DNA of 64,000 nucleotides from NCBI GenBank assembly GCA_963704825.1, contig CAVPHV010000021.1:38771-102770 (forward strand). Direction: 5' to 3'. The stretch's first letter is position 1. Every line of letters begins with the position of its first letter. A program made the translations under genes and the position numbers. Shown piece after piece: positions 10,842-20,168 of this stretch. This DNA is from an uncultured Acidimicrobiia bacterium. GTDB lineage: Bacteria; Actinomycetota; Acidimicrobiia; Spongiisociales; UBA5794. The notes below the pieces were generated by a model. The model searched no databases. It had not been told where the DNA came from and saw only the letters and a program-made list of their open reading frames with translations.

Positions 10842-11764
10842 CGCGCTACTGCCGAGGCGATCCTCGCCACCGTTGCCTCGAGTGCCTCCAAGACCATTGG
10901 CCGTCGCAAATCGAGGGTCGGAACGGAGTCGACGAGATCGCTCAAGTGGCCGAGCTTTTCGGCATGAGCTTCGCGTGTCGGTAGATGGAGGCTGAGCAGC
11001 CAGAGATCTCGTAGAGCGAGAGCGGGTTGCACAGGTTCGAGATGAACCGAATCTGCCTCACCTTTGAGCAACACCGTCGCGGCGATCGGCAACGGCCGGC
11101 CGGAACCGCGCCGCTCTCCATCGAGCGCCATGAACTCGCGATCCCCGTCTCCGCCGACCACCCGCAGCTCCAGATCTGCAGCAATCCCGGCAACATCCGT
11201 CCGCACCCTGACTCCGGCGGGCCCCGGGAAGACCATGGGCGTCGGCGACGTCAAACGGACTCGGACGAGATCCTCGCTCAAGATCCGATAGCCCTGTCGA
11301 GCGAAACCCAACGCCAGCGAAGTCTTCCCATGGCGGCTCGGGCCGGCCAACAGAACGGCCCGCCCATCGACCTCGACCGCGGCGGCGTGCAGGGGCATGT
11401 CGCCGGCGGCCAGGAAGATCAGCAGCGTCGGGAGTCCCCACAGCCGTTGCTCGCGCTTGACCACGTTGGGCGAAGTCGGTACGCCGATGAAGTTCGTGGC
11501 AGGATCCACCACATACCAGTCGTTGGGCTCGATCCACAGGTGAAAGGGCCCTTGCGGCTCCCCATACAGTCGAGCCGCAAAGGGCTGCCTACCGCCGCGC
11601 TCCCATTCGAACACAAGACGCTCGAGCGGTTGACGGGGCGGATCAACTTCGACCACCGTCAAGAGCTCACCGCTGCCCTTGCGCAAGTAGGCGAACTCGA
11701 GGTCGGATGCGACGCTATAGCCGTGGCAGACGCCATGCACGGAGAGGTCAACCGGAGCGTTCAT
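10838..11764 (-). CDS. HPr-kinase-like lasso peptide kinase
   Basis: LHAAAVEVDGRAVLLAGPSRHGKTSL (His motif plus Walker A) and ILSED. Start reassigned to ATG 11764, which overlaps the cyclase stop (ATGA). Confidence 0.82.
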   Translation of the reverse strand: MNAPVDLSVHGVCHGYSVASDLEFAYLRKGSGELLTVVEVDPPRQPLERLVFEWERGGRQPFAARLYGEPQGPFHLWIEPNDWYVVDPATNFIGVPTSPNVVKREQRLWGLPTLLIFLAAGDMPLHAAAVEVDGRAVLLAGPSRHGKTSLALGFARQGYRILSEDLVRVRLTSPTPMVFPGPAGVRVRTDVAGIAADLELRVVGGDGDREFMALDGERRGSGRPLPIAATVLLKGEADSVHLEPVQPALALRDLWLLSLHLPTREAHAEKLGHLSDLVDSVPTLDLRRPMVLEALEATVARIASAVAR

Positions 11765-13545
11765 GTGAACAGACTCACGAAGGCGTGGACGCGAGCCAAA
11801 TCGTAAGCCCACATCAGGTCTTGGGACGACAGGTTCCGCGACTCGATGCGCTCGATCAGTCGCGAATAGTCGACACCCGGCATGCGATAGTCGGCATCGT
11901 CGACCCAACCCAACAGTTGGTCGTAGGGAGCAGTAGCGATCATGTGCTCATCGAAGACCGTCTTGTCCGTTCTCCACAGGATCGTGTCCGGCAGCCGGCC
12001 CCGCATGGCGTTGCGCAGCAGCGATTTTGGCAGCGGGTTGGGGTGCTTCACCTCTGCCCTGAGGCTGAGCAAGAACTCCCACAGATCTCGATCGGCGAAC
12101 GGCCGCCGGACCGTGATCCCCAGCCGATCGGCAAAGATCTCGTCCGCCTCCATCGTCGCCGAGGCACCGCGGGTGGGTTCCAGCTGGGGCGCACTCCACC
12201 GCTCCCGCAGTGGCGAGGAGAGGTCGGTTCGCAAACGTGACCCGCCATGAGCTTCCGGTCGAATCCAATCTGGGATCAGCCGATTGTACCGTCGCGCCAA
12301 TCCCGTGTACCGGGCACCAAGCGCTCCCGGCGTGAGGTCCCGCCCCAACTGTCGCACCAGCGCCAGGCGGGTGCGTCCCTCGCGGCGGCGGGCGGTGACT
12401 TGACTCCGCAGCGCTCCAAAACGGCCGCGCAACAAGAGGTGCCCGAGGAAGCCGGCCCGGATGGTGAGTGCGTACTCGGCGAGGTCTCCCGTCATCACGG
12501 TGGAGGCACCGAGCCGGCGTGCCATGCCGTACCCTTCGCACACCAACGGTGCCGGCAGGCTGTCCCAGGGACCGTCGGCGAGGTCGACCCAATCGGCCAG
12601 ATCATCGATCGGACGAGCCTGCTGCTCGTACATGTGAACCTCGATGCCGAGGTAGGCGGCCACCTCCGCGGTGTAAGCCGACTCGTCGGTTGTCTGGTGG
12701 GCCGGGAAGACTGCCGAGTAGGCCGATAGAGGCACACCGGCCACCTCGACATGGGCGGGGGCAGCGAACGCGGCAATCGTGGTCGAGTCGAGCCCTCCGC
12801 TGAGGGCAACCGCGTCGGAGCCGGTGATGTAGCGCGTCACCGTCTGATCGAGGAGCGCCCTGAGCCGCTCGCTCGCCTCGGGTACGGTGAGTGATGAGGT
12901 CTCGAGGAGCGGGGCCGGATCCCAATACCGTGAGGCCGTGAAGGTCGACCGTGTGGCGGTGGCCAGGCACCCACCCATCATTCGCTCGACGCCGGCGATC
13001 GCCGTGTGCGAGTCCATCCCGCGATAGAAGAGCTCTTCGACCACATCCATGTCGGGCCGCCGGGACAGGTCCGATGCGGCGGCGACCATCTTGGCCTCGG
13101 TGGCGAACACCAGGCGCTCGCCCGTTCTCCGATAGAACAGCGGACGCGACCCGAGGTGATCCCGGAACCCCCACGTGGTCGTGCCGTCGGTGACGACGCC
13201 GGCGAATGCGCCGCGAAGTCGCTCAACCGCTGCTCCTCCCCAGCTACGAAAGGTCGCGAGAGTCAGCGCCGCTGCGCTCGCCCCCGATGCGGGTCGCAGC
13301 GGACCGGCCACGGCGGCCGCCAGTTCGGAGTCGTTGTCGATCGTGCCGTGGAGTACGGCCGCCCAGCCGTCCGCAACCGCGAGCGAAATGGTCGCATCGT
13401 TCGGCCGTCGACACACGGCAAGGTGGGTGGAACCGACCGTGTCCGCCCCGGCGAGAGTGCCTCGATGTGGAGCCGCAGCCAGGCCTCGGCGGGCGCGTTC
13501 GGCACGTCCCGGATCGGCATCGATCAGCGCAACAAACGCTCCCAT
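11761..13545 (-). CDS. Asparagine-synthetase-like lasso cyclase / isopeptide-bond-forming enzyme
   Basis: Start reassigned to ATG 13545 (AGGAG RBS). No N-terminal Cys. Motifs LRGAFA, RDHLGSRPLFY, PP-loop LSGGLDS, RRPFAD, KSLLRNAM...R-x-DK. Confidence 0.88.
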   Translation of the reverse strand: MGAFVALIDADPGRAERARRGLAAAPHRGTLAGADTVGSTHLAVCRRPNDATISLAVADGWAAVLHGTIDNDSELAAAVAGPLRPASGASAAALTLATFRSWGGAAVERLRGAFAGVVTDGTTTWGFRDHLGSRPLFYRRTGERLVFATEAKMVAAASDLSRRPDMDVVEELFYRGMDSHTAIAGVERMMGGCLATATRSTFTASRYWDPAPLLETSSLTVPEASERLRALLDQTVTRYITGSDAVALSGGLDSTTIAAFAAPAHVEVAGVPLSAYSAVFPAHQTTDESAYTAEVAAYLGIEVHMYEQQARPIDDLADWVDLADGPWDSLPAPLVCEGYGMARRLGASTVMTGDLAEYALTIRAGFLGHLLLRGRFGALRSQVTARRREGRTRLALVRQLGRDLTPGALGARYTGLARRYNRLIPDWIRPEAHGGSRLRTDLSSPLRERWSAPQLEPTRGASATMEADEIFADRLGITVRRPFADRDLWEFLLSLRAEVKHPNPLPKSLLRNAMRGRLPDTILWRTDKTVFDEHMIATAPYDQLLGWVDDADYRMPGVDYSRLIERIESRNLSSQDLMWAYDLARVHAFVSLFT

Positions 13546-13761
13546 CAAGACTCCTGTCCCCCGCGTCGCCGGCCCTCCAGGGGACCGCCACAAACTACCA
13601 TCGAATGCCAGCCAGCATCTCGAACCAAGCGTTGGCACCACCCGTTCAACCGACCCGCGGACCAAACGCCCCCGACCAAGAAAAGGGTGGCCTATCCAGC
13701 GCCGGTCGAGTACGCTTGGTCTCCAAGAGAAGGCAACCGGAATGGGGCATGGGGGAACATC

Positions 13762-13932
13762 ATGAAACCAGAGTCTTTGATCACGTACGAGCGACCCACG
13801 GTCGTTGACCACGGAAGCATCGCGGACCACACCTTCGCCGTATTCGGCGTACCCGCGGCAACGGCCGGCAAGACGGGCAGCGGTCCGTCGTTCCGTATGG
13901 ACAGCTTGGGCGAAGGCTCCGGCCTTTCGTAG
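13762..13932 (+). CDS. RiPP precursor peptide with a lasso-type leader, 56 aa: MKPESLITYERPTVVDHGSIADHTFAVFGVPAATAGKTGSGPSFRMDSLGEGSGLS
   Basis: GGGGGA RBS then ATG at 13762, TAG at 13930-13932. YERPTVVDHGSIADHT matches the lasso leader YxxPx(L/V)xxxGxxxxxT. Directly upstream of the PqqD/RRE gene. C-terminal Ser. Confidence 0.88.
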   Translation: MKPESLITYERPTVVDHGSIADHTFAVFGVPAATAGKTGSGPSFRMDSLGEGSGLS

Positions 13933-13964
13933 AGACCATTCGAGACAGCGTGCCGGGTTTGCAC

Positions 13965-13995
13965 CCGCCCGCCAACGTCATGGCGGCGGCGTTTC
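13965..13995 (+). terminator. Possible hairpin (attenuator or stabiliser) between the precursor and RRE genes
   Basis: ccgcccgcca-acgtca-tggcggcgg stem with one bulge, followed by cgtttc. Confidence 0.35.
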
Positions 13996-14020
13996 AATAC
14001 GCCCCCTTTGAGGTCCGTCC

Positions 14021-14302
14021 GTGATTGCCACAACTGCTCGGATCGAGCCCAATCCTGTCGTGATCTACCGCGATCTGTCCGAGGGCGCCGTACTCCTGCA
14101 CGCCGATAGCGGGCAATACCACGGGCTCAACCCGGTCAGCGCCGTGATCTGGCGGTACCTCGAGGAAAGCGGCACCGCCGACTTCGGATCCGTCGTCGCC
14201 GCGGTGGAGACCTCGGTCGTCGACCCGCCGCCAGAACTGGCGTCCGACGTTTCCGACTTCATAGAGGACCTTGCCGGGCGCGACCTGGTCTTCATCACCT
14301 AG
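14021..14302 (+). CDS. PqqD-family RiPP recognition element (lasso B1)
   Basis: 93 aa: YRDLSEGAVLLHADSGQYHGLNPVSAVIW...DVSDFIEDLAGRDLV, a typical RRE pattern. Confidence 0.9.
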   Translation: MIATTARIEPNPVVIYRDLSEGAVLLHADSGQYHGLNPVSAVIWRYLEESGTADFGSVVAAVETSVVDPPPELASDVSDFIEDLAGRDLVFIT

Positions 14303-15440
14303 GCGAATCGGTCTCCTCGGCGCGAGCGAGCGACGCGAAGTAGTCGGCGCGTCCTCCGTCCAGCCGGCGAGAGGGTTCGAGCACGTCAGGGGCCGGCGTT
14401 ACCCGGTTCTGCGCCCACCGCACACTTCGTGCCCCGAGGGCGCGTCCGGTTCCAGTCGCAGCCGACCGCAGCGAACTGGACCACACCTCGGCAAGTCCCG
14501 CCTCCGACGTTGCCGATGCATAGGGCCAGCGCCGCTCGACCTGCGCGGTGATCGCCCGTTGCGCCGCTGCGGGCTGAAGGGCCGCCACAACATCCTCGGG
14601 AACCGGGGCATCAGCGAGTCGGTGCGCCCGCAACAGCGAGAGCCACACCAGGGACCCGACCTGCCACGCCCGAGCCCGGGCCACAACATCTGGCCACGAC
14701 AGTCCGCCGCGCTCGATCAAGTAGCGGAGGTCCACGGAGGCCAACAGACGCCGCCCACCCCCCAGCGCCGCGTTCGTCGCGACATGCACGATCGTGTCTT
14801 CGGGACTCATCGTGTCGACCGCGAAGCCACCGACCTTGACACGAACCCGACGATCAAAGAGTGGCTGAATGGGGACGCCGAAGGACTCCCGCACCGAGCC
14901 GCGGTTCATGAGATGCCAATGCAGATCGACCATGTTTCCGAATGGCGTCCGCAGGTGGAGTTGGCTCCTCCGTTCGCTGAGGACCAACTCCCAGTTGGCG
15001 TCGATGAGATCACAGCCGACCGCCTCGAGCGTTTCCACCGCACCCTCGAAGTCCGCAGCGGCAACGAGAAGGTCGATGTCGCCATACGGTCGCAGACTGG
15101 GGTCTCGATACACGCACTCCGTGAGCACCGGGCCCTTGAGGGCCATCATGGCGATTCCCGCGGCATCAAGCGCTGCGGAGATCCGCCGCAGGTCGGCCAG
15201 GACCGCAATGTGGGTGGTCACCCGGCGGTCGGACCACGATCGCAGTTCGTCGACCAGAATGCCATCGGCGGAGATCCGCTCGAGGTCGTGGAGCAGTAAA
15301 CCCTGCAGCCGGTTGGCAGACACCAACGGAGTCAAACGAGTCAGATCGGCCGACCCCATCGCGGCGAAGGCGGTCGCACCACTGAGGTCGCGGCGTGCGA
15401 TCGCCAGGATCGGATCATCGAACAATGCTCGCCGTGCCAC
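14295..15440 (-). CDS. Nucleotidyltransferase family protein (NTP_transf_5-like, lasso-cluster associated)
   Basis: Motifs MALKGPVL, Y-x-DPSLRPYGDIDLLV and VDLHW. Confidence 0.85.
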   Translation of the reverse strand: MARRALFDDPILAIARRDLSGATAFAAMGSADLTRLTPLVSANRLQGLLLHDLERISADGILVDELRSWSDRRVTTHIAVLADLRRISAALDAAGIAMMALKGPVLTECVYRDPSLRPYGDIDLLVAAADFEGAVETLEAVGCDLIDANWELVLSERRSQLHLRTPFGNMVDLHWHLMNRGSVRESFGVPIQPLFDRRVRVKVGGFAVDTMSPEDTIVHVATNAALGGGRRLLASVDLRYLIERGGLSWPDVVARARAWQVGSLVWLSLLRAHRLADAPVPEDVVAALQPAAAQRAITAQVERRWPYASATSEAGLAEVWSSSLRSAATGTGRALGARSVRWAQNRVTPAPDVLEPSRRLDGGRADYFASLARAEETDSPR

Positions 15441-15476
15441 GTCGGGCAGGGTAGCGAATGCCGGATTGACCTGGTT

Positions 15477-15515
15477 GGGCCTTCGGGACCGCCACGGGGG
15501 CGGTCCCGAAGGCCC
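15477..15515. terminator. Strong hairpin terminator downstream of the 1452-aa NHL gene
   Basis: Perfect 17-bp stem gggccttcgggaccgcc / ggcggtcccgaaggccc with a 5-nt loop, about 10 bp after the stop. Confidence 0.75.
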
Positions 15516-15524
15516 TCGTCTTGG

Positions 15525-18500
15525 CTAGTTGACCGAGAACGGGACCCAGGGTTTGGTCGGGTCCTGCTTACCGGACGTGTCCTGGGCTCGCACCCACAGC
15601 GCAAAGTCACCGCTGCCCGGCGCCGACCAGGAATACGACCAGCCGGTTGTCGGTTGGTCGGGATTGTCCAGCGTCGTCTCCAGCACAGTCCACGAGCCCC
15701 ACCCGGTCCCCGTCCACCACTGGTTGGTGACCGTGTTGCGAATGGCGATGTCCACCTCAGCCACACCGATATCGTCGGTCGCCGTACCGGACATGTTCAC
15801 CGTCGTGCTCGGGAACGACTGGTTGTTGCTCGGAACGGTCACGGTTGCGTTCGGGTCCTCGACGTCGGTGCCGCCACCGCCCGACGAGATACTGAACGGA
15901 CGCCACACCTTGGTCGGATCCTGATTACCGGACGTGTCGTCGGCCCGTACCCACAAGGAGTACTGACCATCGCCAGGACCGTTGAAGACGTACGACCAAT
16001 CGGTGCTCGTGCCACCCGGGTTGGTGAGCGTCGCTTGATGCGTCGCCCAGCCGCCCCATCCGGTCCCGTTCCACCATTGATTGGTGGCATTGTTCCGAAT
16101 CGCAACCAGGACCTGACCGACGCCGACATTGTCGGTGGCCGAACCTTGCAGGGTCGGCTGGGCATCGGTCAACACCTGACCGTTGACTGCCGGCACACTC
16201 GCCGTGGCATCCGGCGGCGTCGTATCCGCCACCGCACTCACCTCAACCGTGATCTGCGCCGGCGTCGGATCGACGTTCGGGATCGCATCGGACGCCCGCG
16301 CCGTAACCGTCACCGATCCCGCCAGATTGGCGTTCCAGTTGTAGGACCACCCGGTTGAGGTCGCCCCTGGACTGCTCACCGTGGCCGCGACTGCGGTCGG
16401 GCCGGCCTGCCACGACCCACCGGTCCAGTACTGGTTCGTCGTCGTGTTGTGGATCTCCACGTCAACCCCGGTAACCCCGACGTTGTCGGTGGCGTTACCC
16501 GTGATCGTCACATTCCCGAACAACAGGCTCGCCCCGTTGCCGGGAGAGCCAATCGTCGTGTCCGGCGCAATCGCATCAGCCACCGGGTCGGCGGTGAAGC
16601 CGACGATCTCCGGCGACGCGTCGGCATTGCCGAACGCATCACGCGCCCCAGCCGTAACCGTGTAGTCACCAGGCGGCGCCACAAAGTCATACGACCAATC
16701 CGTGCTCAACCCCAACGGTGCCGACAAGTTCGCCGAAACCACTGCGATCACCGAGTCAAACCCGGAGCCATCCCAGTAGAACCCGGTCGCATCATCAACA
16801 ATCGTCAGATCTATCCCAGCCACACCGGTGTCATCCGACGCGGTCCCCGAAATGGTGACCGGACCGGCATCGACCGACGAACCATCCGCCGGGAAGCCGA
16901 GCGTCGTCTCCGGAGCCACGGTGTCGGTTCCCTCGATCGCCGACACCGTCACTGTGGGCGGCGCCGGGTCCTCATTGCCATCCAGATCGCTCGCAATAGC
17001 GGTGATCACATAGGTGTCGACACCGTCCGGTGTGAAGTCGAAGGACCAGTCGGTCGACGCTTCGACCGGATTGGTCAACGTCGCCGGCGCAAACCGCTCA
17101 CTCGACGACCACGAAGCGCGTGACGCCCGCCACCAATACCCATCGGACTGGCGCTGGATATACACATCGACATCCGCGATGGCAACGTTATCGGTAGCAG
17201 CACCACCGATCTGGAGCGCAACGCCAACACCAACTACGGCCGCGTCCGGTGGCGAGGTCAGTGTCGTCGCCGGTGCTACCTCATCGGGTGCGATCGTGAA
17301 GTTCCTCACTCCCTTGGGTGACTTGTTGCCGGACAGGTCGATTGCCTCAACGAACACCCGGTAGTTGCCGCCCGGGGCCAGCCACGGGAAGCTGAAGCCG
17401 GTCGATACATCCCCGGGGGCATCGATCTCGGCGTCCCACCACCGGAACGCCGTCGAGAAACCGCTCCCGTTCCACCAACCATTGGCGTCGAGATCCTTGA
17501 TGGCGAGATGGACCAGGTCGATCCCGCCGGCATCGGTGGCCGTCCCGGAGATGAGGACCTCACCGGGAGGATTGGCCGAGCCCTCCAGTGGGGTACTCAT
17601 CGTCACCGCCGGAGCGACGATGTCATCCGCCGGTGGCGGGGGCACCGGCGGCGGCGTTGCCCCACCGACGGCAAACGAACCCATCACCGGGTTGCCCAGA
17701 TTGCCGGCATGGTCGCGGGCGCGCGTCTCGATCGTGTAGCGACCGGACTGCGAGCCGCCGAGGAACTCCCACTGCCATTGCACCGACGTCGCCGGCGCGT
17801 TCGGTGCCGTCCAGGCTGCCCGGTTGCGCACCTTCGCCACCTGCCACGACGAATCGAACGCGTTCCAGTACAGACCGGAGTCGACGTCTTGGATCGCGAT
17901 TTCGACGTTGCCGACCGCGATGTTGTCCGCAGCGGTACCCGAGAGCTGGACGTTGCCGGCCGGCAACGAGGCGGCCGGTCCCGGCTGACTCATTGTCACC
18001 GTCGGCGCCACCAGCTCGAACTGCCTCGCAGCCAGGGGGTTGAACACCTGGATGCGGTCGTTGGCAGAGTCGGTGACGTAGATCCGGCCCTGGGGATCGG
18101 CCGCCAACCCAACCGGGTTGCGGAAGTCGTACGGGTTCGAGCCGTACGACGCACCCCAGCCACCCCGGTACGTGCCGTCGAGCTCGAACGCCTGCACGTT
18201 GCCGTTGCGCTCATCAGCGACATACAGCACCTCATTCGAGATCACACCGTCAACCGGATCCTGGAACTGGCCCGGACCGGTCCCACGCTCGCCGAACCCG
18301 AACAACTCGACACCGTCCTGATCGAACACCTGAATCGGCGTGCCGCCGCCGCGCATCACATAGATGTTCCCGGTAGCCGGGTCCACCGCCGTGCCGTGAT
18401 TCGGACTGCTGAACTGACTGATTTCCTGATAGGTGTCGGCGTCGAAGATCTTGACCACACCACCCATCCGGTCACCAATGATCACCCGACGCCCGTAGAA

Positions 18501-19883
18501 CTCGAAGTCCACCGGCCACCGGAAATGACCCGGATCCGTGTCGTCACTCCCGATCTGACCGATCTGACGAATGTAGTTCCCGCCGTACGTGTAGACCTGG
18601 AGATGGTGACCACGCTCATTGGCGATCCACACCCGGCGGGTCACCGGATCGATCCCGATCGACCGCGGGTAATTCATGTCATAGGCGCCACCCGGGCCGC
18701 GCTTGCCCCACGTATTGAGGAACTGACCCGAAGCCGAGAACCGATCAAACCGCTGATTCCAGGCCTCAACGATCCACACGTCGCCGGACTGGGCGTCGAC
18801 GGCGACGTCACGGGGCTGACCCAGATAGCCCTCAGGCGGCAGCCGCGACGGATCCGGCGCCTCCAGCAACGGAGTCCCAAACGCGTTGAACTTGAGCGTC
18901 CGGAACCCACCAAAGTCCGCCACCCACACATTCCCATCACCATCAACCGTGACCTGACGGCCACCACCGGTGAACTGACCGGGCCCATCCCCCTCGCTGC
19001 CGAAGCTGCTCATGTAGGCGCCCGTGTTGAGGTTGAAGACATCAACGTCGGAGTTCTCGGCATCAACGATGTAGACCCGGCCCAGGTCCTCGTTGATCGC
19101 CACCCCACGCTCATCACCACCAAGGAAGTTGCCGGCTGTTTCGCCGAGCAGGGTGCCGTCAGTCGAGTAGCGATAGACCCTTCGGTTCCACGCATCCGAC
19201 ATCCAGATCACACCGTCGGACGTGACGTCGACGCCGTAAAGCCGCGGCGCCTCGTTCACCGAATCCGGGAACACCGGCCACTGCTGGACGATCGTCACCT
19301 CTTCGGTGGCGTCGTTCCACTCGAGTTCGAGCATCCGCGGCGGGTTTGTTTCAGAGTTGGTGAAGTGGCTGTCCATCACCCACATGTGACCGTTGTCGTC
19401 GATCGTCAACCACACCGTATAGAACGCCCGGATCGTGTCGAACGAATTGCGCAAGGCGACGTCCTTGGAATACATGAAGTTGCCGTTGACGTCGTACTTG
19501 GCGATCGCAACATCCAGCGGGTTGTCCTTCAACTCCGATACGTAGATCGACCCATCATTGGGATCAATACCCACCGAATACGGCTGTCCGACGTGATCAT
19601 CACGCCAGAACTCACCGAGGTAGTTCCCCGAGGTGTCATAACGACGCAACTTGAAGTGCAGATAGTCCGACACGATGATCTCGTCGCTGACCGGGTTGTA
19701 CTGGACCCCCCACGAGAACACCCCAGGCCGGCCCTGCCCACCAATCGAACGCTCAAACCGTGGCGTCACCCACGGAGCCGAAGCCGCATCAGCAGGCGTT
19801 GCCGGCGTTGCCGCCACCAGTGCCGCTGCGATCACAAACAATGCAATGAGCGCCGTCAACCAGCGCCGCTGAATAGAAGCCAA
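15525..19883 (-). CDS. Secreted NHL-repeat protein with seven Trp-rich Ig-like repeats (paralog 1)
   Basis: 1452-aa ORF with TTG start and AGGGGGAG RBS. Signal peptide ending in ADA, then NHL repeats, then Ig-like repeats ending DPTKPWVPFSVN. Confidence 0.9.
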   Translation of the reverse strand: MASIQRRWLTALIALFVIAAALVAATPATPADAASAPWVTPRFERSIGGQGRPGVFSWGVQYNPVSDEIIVSDYLHFKLRRYDTSGNYLGEFWRDDHVGQPYSVGIDPNDGSIYVSELKDNPLDVAIAKYDVNGNFMYSKDVALRNSFDTIRAFYTVWLTIDDNGHMWVMDSHFTNSETNPPRMLELEWNDATEEVTIVQQWPVFPDSVNEAPRLYGVDVTSDGVIWMSDAWNRRVYRYSTDGTLLGETAGNFLGGDERGVAINEDLGRVYIVDAENSDVDVFNLNTGAYMSSFGSEGDGPGQFTGGGRQVTVDGDGNVWVADFGGFRTLKFNAFGTPLLEAPDPSRLPPEGYLGQPRDVAVDAQSGDVWIVEAWNQRFDRFSASGQFLNTWGKRGPGGAYDMNYPRSIGIDPVTRRVWIANERGHHLQVYTYGGNYIRQIGQIGSDDTDPGHFRWPVDFEFYGRRVIIGDRMGGVVKIFDADTYQEISQFSSPNHGTAVDPATGNIYVMRGGGTPIQVFDQDGVELFGFGERGTGPGQFQDPVDGVISNEVLYVADERNGNVQAFELDGTYRGGWGASYGSNPYDFRNPVGLAADPQGRIYVTDSANDRIQVFNPLAARQFELVAPTVTMSQPGPAASLPAGNVQLSGTAADNIAVGNVEIAIQDVDSGLYWNAFDSSWQVAKVRNRAAWTAPNAPATSVQWQWEFLGGSQSGRYTIETRARDHAGNLGNPVMGSFAVGGATPPPVPPPPADDIVAPAVTMSTPLEGSANPPGEVLISGTATDAGGIDLVHLAIKDLDANGWWNGSGFSTAFRWWDAEIDAPGDVSTGFSFPWLAPGGNYRVFVEAIDLSGNKSPKGVRNFTIAPDEVAPATTLTSPPDAAVVGVGVALQIGGAATDNVAIADVDVYIQRQSDGYWWRASRASWSSSERFAPATLTNPVEASTDWSFDFTPDGVDTYVITAIASDLDGNEDPAPPTVTVSAIEGTDTVAPETTLGFPADGSSVDAGPVTISGTASDDTGVAGIDLTIVDDATGFYWDGSGFDSVIAVVSANLSAPLGLSTDWSYDFVAPPGDYTVTAGARDAFGNADASPEIVGFTADPVADAIAPDTTIGSPGNGASLLFGNVTITGNATDNVGVTGVDVEIHNTTTNQYWTGGSWQAGPTAVAATVSSPGATSTGWSYNWNANLAGSVTVTARASDAIPNVDPTPAQITVEVSAVADTTPPDATASVPAVNGQVLTDAQPTLQGSATDNVGVGQVLVAIRNNATNQWWNGTGWGGWATHQATLTNPGGTSTDWSYVFNGPGDGQYSLWVRADDTSGNQDPTKVWRPFSISSGGGGTDVEDPNATVTVPSNNQSFPSTTVNMSGTATDDIGVAEVDIAIRNTVTNQWWTGTGWGSWTVLETTLDNPDQPTTGWSYSWSAPGSGDFALWVRAQDTSGKQDPTKPWVPFSVN

Positions 19884-20117
19884 TTCGCTCCCCCTTTTGT
19901 CCCAAGCCCCTGACGATTCCTACAAAGCCCCCCGAGGAGCCCTCCCTTTTTGCACACCTAGTCGTGCGCAGCGTGAAACCTACCGATCGAAATCCGAAAG
20001 CTCAATGGGCAATTGCGAAGAATCAAGGAAAGGCCAGCAAGAGTCCCCAATAAAAACCCCCCGGGGCTGCCCAGGATGGGGTCGGTGATGGCTCACCATG
20101 AGGGGGATACTCGGAAT

Positions 20118-20157
20118 CGGGTCTTCGGGCCGCCCAGATCGGCAGCCCGAAGACCCG
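20118..20157. terminator. Hairpin terminator downstream of NHL paralog 2
   Basis: cgggtcttcgggc...gcccgaagacccg 13-bp stem plus extension, in the same position as the hairpin after paralog 1. Confidence 0.7.
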
Positions 20158-20168
20158 TCGTTTGTTGG

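Noticed and set aside
13546-13830. N-terminal extension of the cyclase in the ORF track (689 aa)
   Set aside because: It overlaps the divergent precursor gene. ATG 13545 has a clear AGGAG RBS.
13006-13932. 308-aa ORF that contains the precursor
   Set aside because: Most of it is antisense to the cyclase. Only the last 56 codons have an RBS and a recognisable leader motif.
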